From: Octopus sinensis
Taxonomy: Eukaryota
DNA: 64,000 nucleotides
Reading direction: 5' to 3'
NCBI RefSeq assembly: GCF_006345805.1
Contig: NC_043009.1
Span: 10,788,001-10,852,000, forward strand
The stretch's first letter is position 1; each line of letters opens with the position of its first letter. The position numbers were made by a program, and so were the translations under genes. Positions 27,988 to 41,400 of this stretch are shown one piece after another. The notes beneath the pieces were generated by a model. The model was not told where the DNA came from and made no database searches. It was given only the letters and a program-made list of their open reading frames with translations.

Positions 27988-28020
27988 TTTCTGACGAAGA
28001 GCTTCGCTCGAAACGTTAAA
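27988..28020 (+). ncRNA. minimal Penelope-type hammerhead ribozyme motif
   Basis: TTT-CTGACGA-A-GAGC-TTC-GCTC-GAAAC-GTT-AAA: catalytic boxes, 4-bp stem II, palindromic AACGTT stem III, 3-bp stem I. Confidence 0.55.
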
Positions 28021-28145
28021 TCCTCCTTCTTTCTTTCCTTTCCTCAGGGTCCAATAATATTATACTTGTTCCACGTCCTCGCGTTGTTGTGTTTTCATGC
28101 TTGGCTTATCTATATATATGTATGTATGTATGTATGTGTGTGTGT

Positions 28146-28177
<32 letters not shown>

Positions 28178-28509
28178 CAGTCTACAAGTTATCGGAAAGA
28201 TCCAGTGGAATAATTAATGATAGGGCCCAGAAAGTGTGTCAATAGCCAGCTGGAGAAGATGTTCTCCTGGGGCTACAAGCTACAGTAGCATCAACCCTTA
28301 GGGGTTAGCCACATTTAAGTGGCAAGTATACTTCACATTGTCGTGTAGCTACTGTTTATACCTCGTTTAGAGATTTATAAAAATAAATAATTTGTATGTA
28401 AAATTTCAGATTTAAATATATTTTAACGATTTTAAGTGTGTCTATTTCTGAATTTGAATTAGGAGACGACACATCAAAACTGTATTTTCCTATATTCCAA
28501 AAGATAGAT

Positions 28510-29349
28510 TAGTGTTGAAATTATAGAAGCAAAAAGCAAAACAGCTCCAATGTCATTTTGCTGCTGGTAATATTAATAATGGATACAAAAGAGTAGGATT
28601 TTTAATATTTTATTAAAAATATATTCATGAATTTTCAGTCATTCGGTAACCTTTCCATGATAGTTGCAACCCCTTTTTTACTTATGAAATTTTTCTACTT
28701 TAGCAAAAAGGGCAAGGGTGTTCTTTATACTTGACACTCAGGGCCGGATAACTCTGATGGTGCTCTCTTCTACGTCGTTGGATTTTCAGGTTCGTTAGAA
28801 CGTCGGACAAATGTTTTGCGCTCTATAGTTATGCCAGCGCCTATACTCAAATCTCACAGCTAAGTTATTGGTATATCTGTAAAAAACATATTGATAAACA
28901 GACCAAATACTTTACTGTGTTGTTTTAATATAACAAAAGGATGGAATTATGGCTTACCTAATCTAGTCAAGACTTACAGACATGATCACGTGACCATTTA
29001 CAGAAAAACGATGACCTGTGTAACGTAATGCATCCCGAAACTGCCTTGCATCTAAATATAGGATACAGCAACAGGAATACGAGGTGGGTCCTCTTCCTTT
29101 TGGTTTCCATCATCTGCGGAGTAACAAATAAATAACATAAAGTAACAATTAAATAAAAATTCATGTTATGCACTAAAAGAACTATGGAAAAAATATATCG
29201 CAAAGACATTAAGTTATCAATATATAAAGCCATGAATACGGTTTTAAATACACCAGCACCATTGTCATACGGTGATGGGGGGGGGAGGACAAACAGAAAA
29301 AAGACACACACGTATGATATATACATACATACATACATTACATATACAT

Positions 29350-29389
<40 letters not shown>

Positions 29390-29717
29390 TATATAATATA
29401 GATATGTGTGTGTGGTGTGTGTGTGTGTGTGTATGTATGTATAGATACAGAACGGGTTTCTTTCAGTTTCCGCTTACCGAATTCACTCATAAGTATTGGC
29501 CGGCCGAGGCTACGGTAGAAGACACTTGCCCAAGTTGCCACACAGTGAGACTGAAACCAGAACCTTTTAACAGGGAAGCAAACTTCTTACACACCACTAT
29601 ACATGTACCTATTATATATATATATATATAGACATAATTATACATATATATATACATACGTGCATACATACGTGCATACATACATGCATACATACATACA
29701 TACACACGCGCACACAC

Positions 29718-29759
<42 letters not shown>

Positions 29760-30270
29760 GAGTGTGTGTGCGTGTGTGCGTCTATGAGTTTGTGATATTT
29801 GAATGTGAATGATATTTAAAAGATTGAACATTACTCTAGATTATAATGTTTAGTAAAATAAATTAGAAGGTGCATTAATTATAACTTTTTCAAACTATGA
29901 TGTGGCGTCAAATAACTCTTCACTCATCAGTGTGGATCGAGGATAAGTTTGCAAATAAAAAACGGACAAAATATAACAACATTACTACAAAAATCACACA
30001 AAATCTCGCAGAGACGAAGACACTCGAATATTATGGTAGACATAACTCAATATGATAACATGTCAGCTAAAAGTTTAGAAGGTCATTTATGATTATAGTT
30101 GACCTTCAGTGGAAGTTCGTTCAGACTGGTCAAAGTCACGAGGTGTAAAATCTGAAAATAACAGAAAAATAATTACATAAATCATACATGTGTGTGTGTG
30201 TGTTGGTGTCTGATGCCGTTTAGGAATGATTTGAATTTTTATATCTGTCGGCTTAGCACCGCCAAAGGTT
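28510..30270 (-). pseudogene. tandem paralog of the nested orphan gene, decayed
   Basis: Exon 2 homolog 30104-30151 intact. Exon 3 homolog 29891-29948 has lost its AG and GT and contains a TGA. Exon 4 homolog 28958-29113 has a premature TAG (29052-54) and a 1-nt deletion. Introns and the 3' region align with 16370-17870. No exon 1 homolog found. Confidence 0.8.
29447..29600 (-). mobile_element. SINE family A, 5' part
   Basis: Reverse complement of the head (GTAGAAGACACTTGCCCAAG). Confidence 0.7.
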
Positions 30271-30339
30271 ATCTCAAAATATTTACATAGAGTGTGTTAC
30301 TAGAGTGAGGTCTGTTGTATATTTATCAAACATGGCTAA

Positions 30340-30660
30340 AGGGTAAAGAACCCCTTCGGTCATGAATGGCCATGGGTTTGCAGTTAAAATGTTACCATCT
30401 TAGACACAAATCCGGGCAAAGTTGTTTATGGAAGCCCATTCATACCAGCCTCCCCACTCCGTGCCACCGATGTTATTGAAGGGAAAGCCAAAGGCTGATA
30501 CAGCTTGGCTCCAGTGACGTCGTAACTCGTTTCCACAGATGAATAAACTAGACAAATGTGAAAAATAGTGTCTTCCTCAAGAATGCAACACACAGCCCAG
30601 TCGGGGAATCTAACTCACTATCTCATGATCGTGATGCCGACGCTCTAACAAACTACAATA
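30340..30660 (-). mobile_element. tRNA-derived SINE family D with an RTE-like tail
   Basis: B-box-like GGGGAATCTAACTC on +, and an end segment CTAAAGGGTAAAGAACCCCTTCGGTCATGAATG resembling the reverse of RTE 3' ends. Confidence 0.5.
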
Positions 30661-31090
30661 TCACTTACAGGTTTACACACACACACAGACACACGCACAA
30701 GACATGCAAAGTCACACATATATGCAAAGAGACACATATATACACATGTGTTCGTGTGTGAGTGTGTGTGTGAATGTGTGTGTGTATACATGGAGAGATG
30801 CTTACATAATTACAAACATGCTTATTAATACAAAATTCAATAGGTTGTGATCAGAGAGTGCTATATGTACTGCTATATGTACGATGTCTAACTTCAACAA
30901 CTCTTCCTACAAAGACAACTTACAATATTGATCCCATTGTCTTATTATTATCTCCACACTGATGAGTTCTTTTTTTACTCGAATCTACAGATTGCAGTAT
31001 TTTATTACCGTCGTTAAGGTACCTATTTGTCTTCTGTATATACACATACACATACATACACCACACACAACTACACACACACACACACAC

Positions 31091-31129
<39 letters not shown>

Positions 31130-31244
31130 GCACTTATGCTTGTATATTTACATACATATATACATACAGGGAGTGAGAGAGAGAGAGAGAAAGACAGAGA
31201 CAGACAGATGAATAAGATAAACATATGGACAGATAAATAGACAA

Positions 31245-31275
<31 letters not shown>

Positions 31276-31430
31276 ACCGTAATATATATCCAGTAATTTT
31301 TTTACTAGTTTTATCTTGTCTCTTTGTCTTTTCTCCATGTTGCTATATGAAAACTTAAGGTGGTCTTAGAGTCGGTTCATGGCTGCTATTTCAGCATGGT
31401 GGTATCTCGTAGATACCCTATATATATATA

Positions 31431-31471
<41 letters not shown>

Positions 31472-31680
31472 ATATATATATATATATTGTGAGCAAAACA
31501 TATTTAGAATAAAATGTGGAAAAGCATAAACTAATTTAAATTAATTTTCATTAATGTGCATCATAATTACGTATTGAATTAATTATGCATATCTTTAAAT
31601 AAACAGTAAAGGAAATTAATTAGATGGTTATATATCTGTGAAATACTTGCTTTTCTACATCGTTCCCGTTCCCTCTCATA

Positions 31681-31724
<44 letters not shown>

Positions 31725-31789
31725 AATCTAATATATATATACCCGCTCGCTCGAAATATTTCCTACACTTGAATCACCTGATCTTACAC

Positions 31790-31876
<87 letters not shown>

Positions 31877-32116
31877 TTCAACAAAAGCTGTAACAGCATG
31901 TAACAAAACCATCTATAAATGTTTAAATGATTATTCCGGAGCATATTCACCATCTCCTTCAATTACTACTTCTCATTTGCTTGGCAGGCGATCAGACCAT
32001 CCTTTAGAAATGTTTTTGTTAAATATTGTAATTGTTTTTGTTGAATAAAATTTGTTGAAAAAAAGCCGCAATAAATATGCACCAACCCAATATATATATA
32101 TATATATAATTACATT

Positions 32117-32250
32117 ATATAAAAGGGCTTAGTAAAATAAATTACTTTGCCGCATACTGAACTCATTAGAAATAGCAGCTAAAAAAACATTTATAAAACT
32201 ATTTCTAATACTTAAAGAAAACCTCTCTCATATAGTGTTTGCTCAATTCA
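32117..32250 (+). repeat. unclassified dispersed repeat (second copy at 61171-61298)
   Basis: TATAAAAGGGCTTAGTAAA...GAACTCATTAGAAATAGCAG...GATAGTGTTT present at both sites after (TA)n. Confidence 0.75.
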
Positions 32251-32572
32251 ACTCACGGAAGTATGGGGGGTAGAGACATTAAAAAATCAGATGCAAAGGT
32301 TATTTGAGAACGTACGTTTCAAGATTAGTCAAACTCGACACTTCTATCATCAGCTCAGAACTCCCTGGTTTGGATTTGAAAACACTGAAAGTGGGAGCAT
32401 ACTCCTTCGGCCTCCTATCGCTTCTGAAGATCCGCTCGTAACTAACAGTGCCAACAAACTCAAATATGCAAGCGAAGAATTCTGCTCTCCCCTTTCCACC
32501 AGCGTGGGTTAAAATCAGCAAACACTATGCTTTTTTCGGTAAAATCCGAGGCATTTAAATAGAGAGAGATGA

Positions 32573-32626
<54 letters not shown>

Positions 32627-32630
<4 letters not shown>

Positions 32631-33195
32631 GACATCCTATAAATAATGACGTTTGTTTATACTTCTTTCATTTTTCAAAATCAAGATAAACAAAGTTCTT
32701 TTTACTTTAAAATGTGCCCTCCTTCATTTTCCACAATGCTCTTCCATCTATCTAGTAAACTTGCAAGACCCCTCTTCCAAAACTGATTTGTCTGTGACGA
32801 AGAATAGTCCACTCGTACAGATCTGATCACGTCTACAAAATTCATATTTTCTCCGTGCAAGTGATATTGAAGATAGCGGTATAAATGTTAATCAGATGGA
32901 GCAATGTCCGGCGAATATGCTGGTTGGGGCATCGTTTCCCATTCAAAGTGCTCCAGCTTTCGGGATGTCATCCTCGGTTTATGTAGCTGAGCATTATCCT
33001 GACGGAAGAAAACCTTTCGTCTTGAAAGCAAAGACAGTCATTTTATTTCTAGCGCTGACTTTAAACGCTCAAGCTGCTTGCAGTAGATCTCCTTTGTTAT
33101 CATTTGGTTTGGGTTTAAAAGTTCAAAGTAGATTAAACCTTTCGTATCCCAACAAACAGAACCACACCTTAAGTGGGTGAAAACCTTTAGCCTGA
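32627..33195 (-). mobile_element. mariner transposase, 3' half with TIR
   Basis: Minus strand reads CWDTKGLIYFELLNPNQ...YCKQLERLK...VFFRQDNAQLH...EWETMPQPAYSPDIAPSD.HLYR...LLDRWKSIVENEG (DD34D-type motifs); TIR-like TTGGGACATCCTATAAATAATG after TA. Confidence 0.9.
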
Positions 33196-33214
33196 GGTAC
33201 CGATGTTTATTCTT

Positions 33215-34105
33215 CCCCTACCCACTGCCTTCGGAGCACTAGCGTAAGTAGATCGTGTGCCGTCCGCGTTGGCACTTCCCTTTACAGTCCTCAGACCCCA
33301 CAAAAAAGACATATTGTCCAAAAGTGAAACTCCTTCCTGGAAAGTGAATTCCGAGCCTTCAGTCATTTATGGGCATGTACCACAATTAAGTCGTCTGCAT
33401 TTTGTAACTGTTGGTATCGTATTGAATATAGTTTTGCATTTGCTAGGAGCCTCTTGAGTGATTTGTGTTGTCTTTTGCACTTGAGGAGTTTATGTGTATT
33501 TAGGATGTTGTTCGTTTTCGGGTCTTGAGTGAGCAGAGGGATATTTTGTATAATTGTGTTGTATGCTTCATTGTTTCTGGGGTTGTGGGTTGATATGTAT
33601 GGGAATGATTTAAAGGGAGGTGTGGTGTTTTGTTTTGTTGTCCTTAGTGTGCTTGTGTCCAATTTCTTGGCACGTTCCATTCCATGGTCTAAAAGTGCGT
33701 GGGGGTGGTGTACTGACGTTCATTGTGTGTTATTTTGAGATCTTGTAGGCGAAGTTCCCGAGTAGTTGCGTCAGATACAATTGTACTGATCCTTTGAGCT
33801 AGATTGAATGGGGTATTTATTTTGGTGTGTTTAGGATGGCATGAACTGAAAAGGAGATACTGTTTTGAGTCTGTTGGTTTGTAGTAGATGTCAGTGACAA
33901 TTTGGTTGTTGGATTTTTAATAATCAAAATGTCCCAAAATGGGAGCTGTTCCTTGCTATATTCCATTGTAAATTGAATATTGTTTAGTATAGATTTGAAA
34001 TCCAGGAGTTTATCATAGGTTTCGGTCCAGATGATAAAACAATCGTCTAGGTACCTTTTTCAGTTTTCTCTTGTATACTGGTGGAATGGGGGACCAAATA
34101 CATGT
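33215..34105 (-). mobile_element. Penelope-like retroelement, 5'-truncated, degraded
   Basis: RYLDDCFIIW RT motif, QFTMEYSKEQLPF, KCKRQHKSLKRLL and TKCRRLNCGTCP (zinc knuckle preceding the GIY-YIG region). Confidence 0.8.
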
Positions 34106-34122
34106 ATTTATATGTGTATATG

Positions 34123-34185
<63 letters not shown>

Positions 34186-34403
34186 GTATAGGGACTTATA
34201 TGTATACATTCGTGTGTGTGAGTCTATGTGTGTAAACACGCATGAATATGTTACTGTAAGTCGATATATTTCTTTGTAAAAATATAAATCAGTTTTTCCT
34301 CAACGTATTTGTACAAAACGCGTATGGATGAGTTTCCTTTTATACACAAACAGACACATACATTTATGTCTATATTTGCACTATATATCCGTATATAATT
34401 ACA

Positions 34404-34444
<41 letters not shown>

Positions 34445-34516
34445 TAATATATATATATATATGGTAGAATGTATACAAAAATACATACATATATTTATAC
34501 ATTTGTGTTATATATA

Positions 34517-34606
<90 letters not shown>

Positions 34607-35124
34607 AGCGTGTGTGTGTGCATATATAAAAAGATATATGTGTATCTATACATATATAAAAACACATATATACATGCACAAACACGCACACAAGTGTATC
34701 TAGCGATGTGACCCTAGATTAATGTTCCAGATTTTCTGTCCATATTTGTAACAATCGCCTGTTACTGAATGCGTTAGATCTGTTGGCAAAATTTCCCTGA
34801 TAACAGCAAAGCATGTACAGCACTTATCGATTTGATATCGGCTTCGTATACCTCCTGGGTTTTCTAAGTCTGTGATATTTAACTATGTACTTTTTTAATA
34901 TATTAGTTCTAGAAACAAAAATGGATCAAAACTAGAATTGAATCCGCCCTTTTCATTCTGCATTCTTAAGTATTTCACACAATCAGCGTTGTAGCTGTTT
35001 TAATGATGTTGGAATCATTCTCAGAAGACAACTGGGGTGATTTTTACAGCAGAGAGTGATTATGATTTAGCCAAATCGGTTGGCCAACGGGAAAAAATGC
35101 TTTGTTTTATTAAATTATATAGCT

Positions 35125-35545
35125 ATTTCTTTACTACCCACAAGGGGCTAAACACAGAAGGGACAAAGAAGGACAGACAAATGGATTAAGTCGATTATAT
35201 CGACCCCAGTGCGTAACTGGTACTTAATTTATCGACCCCGAAAGAATGAAAGGTAAAGTCGACCTCGGCGGAATTTGAACTCAGAACGTAGCGCAGACGA
35301 AATACCTATTTCTTTACTATCCCCAAGGGGCTAAACATAGAAAGGACAAATAAGGACAGACAAACGGATTAAGTCGATTATATCGACCCCAGTGCGTAAC
35401 TGGTACTTAATTTATCGACCCACAAAGGATGAAAGGCAAAGTCGACCTCGGTGGAATTTGAACTCAGAACGTAACGGCAGACGAAATACGGCTATGCATT
35501 TCGCCCGGCGTGCTAACGTTTCTTCCAGGTCGCCGCCTTTTGTTT
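35125..35545 (-). mobile_element. SINE family B, tandem partial dimer
   Basis: The tail-core segment occurs twice (35125-35305 and 35306-35545). Confidence 0.85.
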
Positions 35546-36472
35546 TATTAAATTATATACCTTTACATTCTGGATTCAATTTTATTCAAGGGCAATAAAA
35601 TGATGTACCAATAAACAATTGGATCGATTTAATTAAATATTTCCTCGTCCGCGTCGAATATTGCCCTTGACAAACGTGTAACACATCTAAGCAACAGAGA
35701 TATACGGGAATAATTAATAATGAGAAATATTAGTAATGACATTTGAAGCTGTTCCTCCTTTTCTGAAAGCTTTTGTGACATAAACGCAAAGTTCAATGTA
35801 CATGACTAAGAATCACAATGGGAAGCTATTCCTGGATATTATCCCTTCTAGATATTTGATTTCCAACATATAACACTGATATATTTTTCTTTTGTTGTCG
35901 CTATGTCTCATAGATCCACTATTTATATTCAGCTTACGTAGTTCTAAACAACTAAGAGATTAACGCACCACTGCTTAAGATGTTGGCCAGTCGTAGGTGA
36001 CATCTTTAAGTTGAAATCTTACGCAAGAATGAACATCCACGCATAAAAAGGTCAGTCGTAAAGTGTTGCTTCTTATATTGGTGAATTCCACTTTCCTGGG
36101 GGATACTTGAATTTATCATTTGTTCTATTCTGCTGTTTGGGTCTTAATCACATATAGATTGCTATATCAGTGGTTCATTTAAATTCTCTGTCTCTCGACT
36201 CTTTGCTATTCATATCGAGTCCCTTACTGCAGTTTCTTCAAATGCACTCGCACCAAAACACACGCACTCGGATTTACACATATAAAGAAAAATGTAGTAG
36301 CCGGTTTGATGTGGCAGTTAAAACCATCAGCAGTAGAAAGCAAAAAATTGATTTGATATAATCTGTGTGTGTGTGTGTGTGCGTGTGTGCATGTATAAAC
36401 GTCTGTTTCGTATCAAAAGCTTTAGGACTCTCCCTACTTGACATCTTGCCGAAGTGACACTTAATATACTAC

Positions 36473-36562
<90 letters not shown>

Positions 36563-37055
36563 GTGTGTTTCTTTTTTTACCATTGCATTGTAGAAGGAAT
36601 TCGGAGGGCGGAAATTGATGAATGCATGTTATATGTTTTGTGGATTTGGATTTAATCAGTGAGCGGGTTTAACCTCACAACTTTATCCTATGTCACCATG
36701 TCACCTCTAGCATGGGGCTCTCTGTTTAAATTGTTGGAGACAGATCTTATGTTTCAATATATCATCTTACCTTTCTCCCATTACTTCAAAAGTTTCTGTG
36801 GCCCTGCAAAAGGCCATGGCTGGTGATGTAGTGAAATACAAAATCATTAAATAGAAACTCAATGAAAACGCTTCGGTTTCTTAATAAATATTTTATTTCC
36901 TCAAATTCCTCTCTAATATTTTTGTTTTATACTAAATATCCTTCTTTACATAACTTCATTTCATCTCTGTCCGAAGATGTTTTTATAGTTTGTTGTATAT
37001 TGTAATCATATTTTAAGATTTGAGCAAGATACAGGTTGGAGAGATAATATATTCA

Positions 37056-37104
37056 CTTTACTTGTTTTAGTCATTTGACTGCAGCCATGCTGGAGCACCG
37101 CCTT

Positions 37105-37154
<50 letters not shown>

Positions 37155-37318
37155 CGACGGGCTTCTTTCAGTTTCTGTCTACCAAATCCACTCACAAGGC
37201 TTTGGTCGGCCCGAGGCTATAGTAGAAGACACTTGCCCAAGGTACCACGCGGTGGGACTGAACCTGGAACCATGTGGTTGGTAAGCAAGCTACTTACCAC
37301 ACAGCCACTCCTGCGCCT
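37056..37318 (-). mobile_element. SINE family A with an internal deletion
   Basis: Head and extreme tail present; central 3' domain absent. Confidence 0.8.
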
Positions 37319-39139
37319 ATATATGTAACCTTTTACTATGGAGTGAATATCATGTCTTTAAGCAGAGTATTGTATCTTTCGATACGCGTATTACCGACCA
37401 GTAAAATGTTGTTTCTAAGAGGTGTATAATGCAGAGTATTATACCATATGTTTGTAAAAATTCTTTCGTGTATATTATAGAGTTCACACATGGAATGATT
37501 TAGATTTAGTATTGCTTATGAAACATTCGTTAAAGATCAGTGAACGGCTTAGAAAAATTCTGCTTTGCAGAAAAGCCGAATTGTACGTAAACCTTATATT
37601 TACCAGAGGGTAGATTCTGCTTTTCAGATTTGTGGCAGAAACAGAATATAACCAACTGATGAAATATTCACTACTGAATCTTCAACCACTTCATCAGCAT
37701 CCATTTAGTATCTATAGTCCGTGTAAAATACATTACTATATTATTAGCAATCTCGTTTCGCTAAATACTGGCTTTGGATTCATTGTATCATATTCCTTTC
37801 AATAATGTTTTATTTTCCCTTGCATTCATTAAACAGAAGTTAGTTATGTTGGCATTAAGAATACTTTTTGATGGAAAAATATGAAGATAATGCTAATACA
37901 ACTTTTTAACTATTTCGACTGAGTAGTAGCTTAATCTAAGATTACTATCGACTTCAGATAGTCTGGAACAAACAGTAATCCTATTAGCATATGTGAAGAA
38001 GATATCGAATAAGCAAGAGTCTTAAAAATTAATACGGATAAAAATATGTTGAAACCGTTTCCTTGACTGAAAATAGTGTCAATGTAATAAAAAATTAAAA
38101 AAATAATCTGACGGTGATTTGTTAGAGCAAGAGTGGCCCCAAAGAGGTTATGCAAATACTTATATGTATTCGTATGATATTGCAGTATTAACACCCTGAA
38201 AATAGTTTACCGTATTTTCATGGTTTCTGCATCTTTGAAGCTTAATTTATTCTGCCATCAGAACTCTGTACACTTTATAACATGGTTGCTGTACAGTGTC
38301 TGTAACAGGACGGATACATTTGTCCTAACTGGAGTATGCAAAGGTATGCTGATAATAGATAGAAAGATGATTGGTATAAACATATAAATACATTCTTATG
38401 TAATATTTGTGACATGTTAGGTATGATAGATAAAATTCATAAGCAAAGACTCAGTTACTGGAAGCTAAACGTATCGCTCCAGGCGCACCAAACTTACAAA
38501 GACAAGATTATCGAATTACTTTAAGGTGGTGTTGAAGAGGGTGATCGTCAAGAAACAAATGGTAATTCGACAGAAAAAAGGTTTAGCAAGGTCAGGGCGA
38601 TAGAGATAAATAGAATAAAGGGTGTCTTATCTAGAAATGTAGAAGAGGGGCTGAAGAAAGTCATAGCAACCGTCGTGCTCGCGATGATATTGCTCCTTCA
38701 CCAATTCTTCATAGCGAAACGGGAAGGCCGCATTTTGAGAGCTAAAACATGTGATTTAAGGCACGAAAGGACGAAAACCACTCGATAGTACCGAGTAGTG
38801 AAGGTGCAAAGTGGTAACAAAAACAACAATTTAGACATTGGTGAATGTTATTCGACTTCATATAGATATATGTAGCTTTTCAACTGTTCAGGGCGAGTGG
38901 CGGGCTGGAACGCTGGATGGACTTTAGTATCTTCATCGACAACCGGCCACCCGGCCACAACTCTCTGTGAGTGAGTCGCGGTGATGTAGCGCTGCTAAGA
39001 AAGGACTCAATCAAATAGAGGCATAGCAAAAGATTGACGCAATAGTAATAAAACCAAAAACAAACACTAATAAAATGATAAAGGATTAAAAATATCCAAC
39101 ATTGTTTTAACTCATTCAGTATACTTGAATATATTTCAG

Positions 39140-39262
39140 GATGGTCAGGTGAATCATGTCAAAACAATATTGACGACTGCGTGGGAAACGGTTGCAAGTT
39201 CGGTTCAACATGTGAAGATAAACTCGGATTTTATACCTGTACCTGCCCAGCAGGTATAACAG
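39140..39262 (+). CDS. DSL-EGF gene, exon B (end of DSL plus EGF1)
   Basis: tttcag acceptor, ACAG|gtatgt donor, phase 1-1; (G)WSGESCQNNIDDCVGNGCKFGSTCEDKLGFYTCTCPAGIT(G). Confidence 0.92.
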
Positions 39263-39300
39263 GTATGTTGATTTTATTAAAAGAAATAATATTTTTATTA

Positions 39301-39721
39301 CTCTTTACTCTTTTTACTCTTTTTACTTGTTTCAGTCATTTGACTGCGGCCATGCTGGAGCACCGCCTTTAGTCGAGCAACTCGACCCCGGGACTTATTC
39401 TTTGTAAGCCCAGTACTTATTCTATCGGTCTCTTTTGCCGAACCACTAAGTTACGGGGACGTAAACACACCAGCATCGGTTGTCAAGCAATGCTAGGGGG
39501 ACAAACACAGACACACAAACATATATACACACATACATATATATATATATATACATATATACGACAGTCTTCGTTCAGTTTCCGTCTACCAAATCCACTC
39601 ACAAGGCTTTGGTCGGCCCGAGGCTATAGTAGAAGACACTTGCCCAAGATGCCACGCAGTGGGACTGAACCCAGAACCATGTGGTTGGTTAGCAAGCTAC
39701 TTACCACACAGCTACCCCTGC
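39301..39721 (-). mobile_element. SINE family A, full length
   Basis: Reverse complement of 3223-3630; lies about 40 bp after the exon B donor. Confidence 0.85.
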
Positions 39722-39905
39722 TCAGTTTTATTAATATGTTTCTAAAATTAAATCATATAAATATAATCTGAACTGCTACAGCCTTTAGAATGCTGTTCTG
39801 AACTGGAAAAAGGTTCATATACTTTGACTACAATTTATGAAAGCGAGATGTCAATATTATGAAATGTTTTCGAATAAAACTTACAGACTTCATGCCCATC
39901 GAAAG

Positions 39906-39967
<62 letters not shown>

Positions 39968-40517
39968 ACACACACACACACACACTTATACGAAGCACAT
40001 TCTATGCGAAGAAATCGGATGATTTTGGCAGTCCTCCAATATCGGAAATTTGGCAACGTCCCGCTTCACGCAACATAAAGTTCCGGCAAAAATCGTCATA
40101 AATTCACATCTTTCGCATTCTGAGATTCCTCCCAACCCTAGAGCCGTGTTTTTTTTATGAACGAAACCTCATTCCTAATGATCAAACTAATTAGGGAAGG
40201 TTTCTCCTTGTGCAAACTCGACCTCGAATGGAGAGTAAGTTATTTGTAAGTTTGGTACAAGAATAGACGAGGAATTGACAAAAGAACGAAGCCGTTACTT
40301 TATACACGAACATGAAATAATAAATATTCTTAGATAGTTACGGAAACAAAAACACATACATAGAGCTCTACTTGAAAAATCTAATAAGGTGGGAATGAAA
40401 TCGTAAATACATGCCAAGAGCTGTATAGTAGATTACAACATAAATTGATTAATTTGTTTGATTACAAAAATTTTACAACTATATAAATTCATTTATATAT
40501 ATATATATATATATATA

Positions 40518-40573
<56 letters not shown>

Positions 40574-40899
40574 ATATGCGTATATATATATATATATATA
40601 TGTGTGGGTGTGAGTGTGTGAGTGTGTGTGTGTGTGGTGTGTGTGTGTGTGCAAGTGTGTGTGTTTGAGGTTTCTGTGCGTATGTATTTGTGTGCGTGTG
40701 CATATGTTCCTCAGTGCATGTATATCATTTGTATGCTACACAGAGTAGTACCAGAGTGAAGTTTGAGCCGACACGAAAGCATGAATATCAATATGATTAA
40801 TTATCTCACCACCAGATTCTTTGTAATGTTCTTGTATACAATCCAATTAATCATCCTATCAAGTAAAATGATATCTCTTGGGTGCTGCTTAACAAGCTG

Positions 40900-41400
40900 A
40901 GCAACGAACAGCTTCTGTTCTCAGTAACACATAACTGCATACACAGCTAATACTCTAAATGTTCCAATGGTCTTAGCCTTTAACGGCTTCATTGAAAGTA
41001 GACTGGAATACTACACTTGTGAGGCTATTAAGTAAAATCAACAAATGTAACAGCGGTTTTCATTGAAGAGTTGAAAAACTTGTCTGAGGCTCTGAAAATT
41101 GTCTTGTCACAGTTTCATCTTTGGCTAAAGCATTGAAACATATTGAGAATATGTGACCTACCTCAGCCAAAATTTAATGACTAAATGATGTGGAAGTCAG
41201 GTGGGGAAGGCTTTCATTAACGTTCTTATGAGCATAAACTATGTATTGTTGATGTTAGTTTATTCTTTCCGATTGTGCAGAACCACAGAAGATTGTTCTC
41301 TTACGAATTCAAAAGTCAGTGTATTTGGCAAGGATACCCATAGCCGTTTAAAAATGCAAGGTGTAACTTTAGCCAATCACTGTAGTTATACACTACAGTG
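40900..41400 (+). mobile_element. possible hAT transposase remnant
   Basis: DVEVRWG at about 41190-41210 resembles the hAT DV.TRWNS motif; heavily degraded. Confidence 0.3.

Noticed and set aside
30924-31022. Minus-strand exon-like segment (aaatag acceptor, gtaagt donor) as the missing first exon of the paralog
   Set aside because: Its only open frame is phase 2-2, which is incompatible with the phase-1 exon at 30151, and it shows no similarity to 18143-18371.
38261-38343. Candidate exon ending GVCK-G with an AAG|gtatgc donor before exon B
   Set aside because: The open frame starts in phase 0 or 2, not phase 1, and the Cys spacing fits neither DSL nor EGF; direct 1616-39140 splicing explains the domain better.
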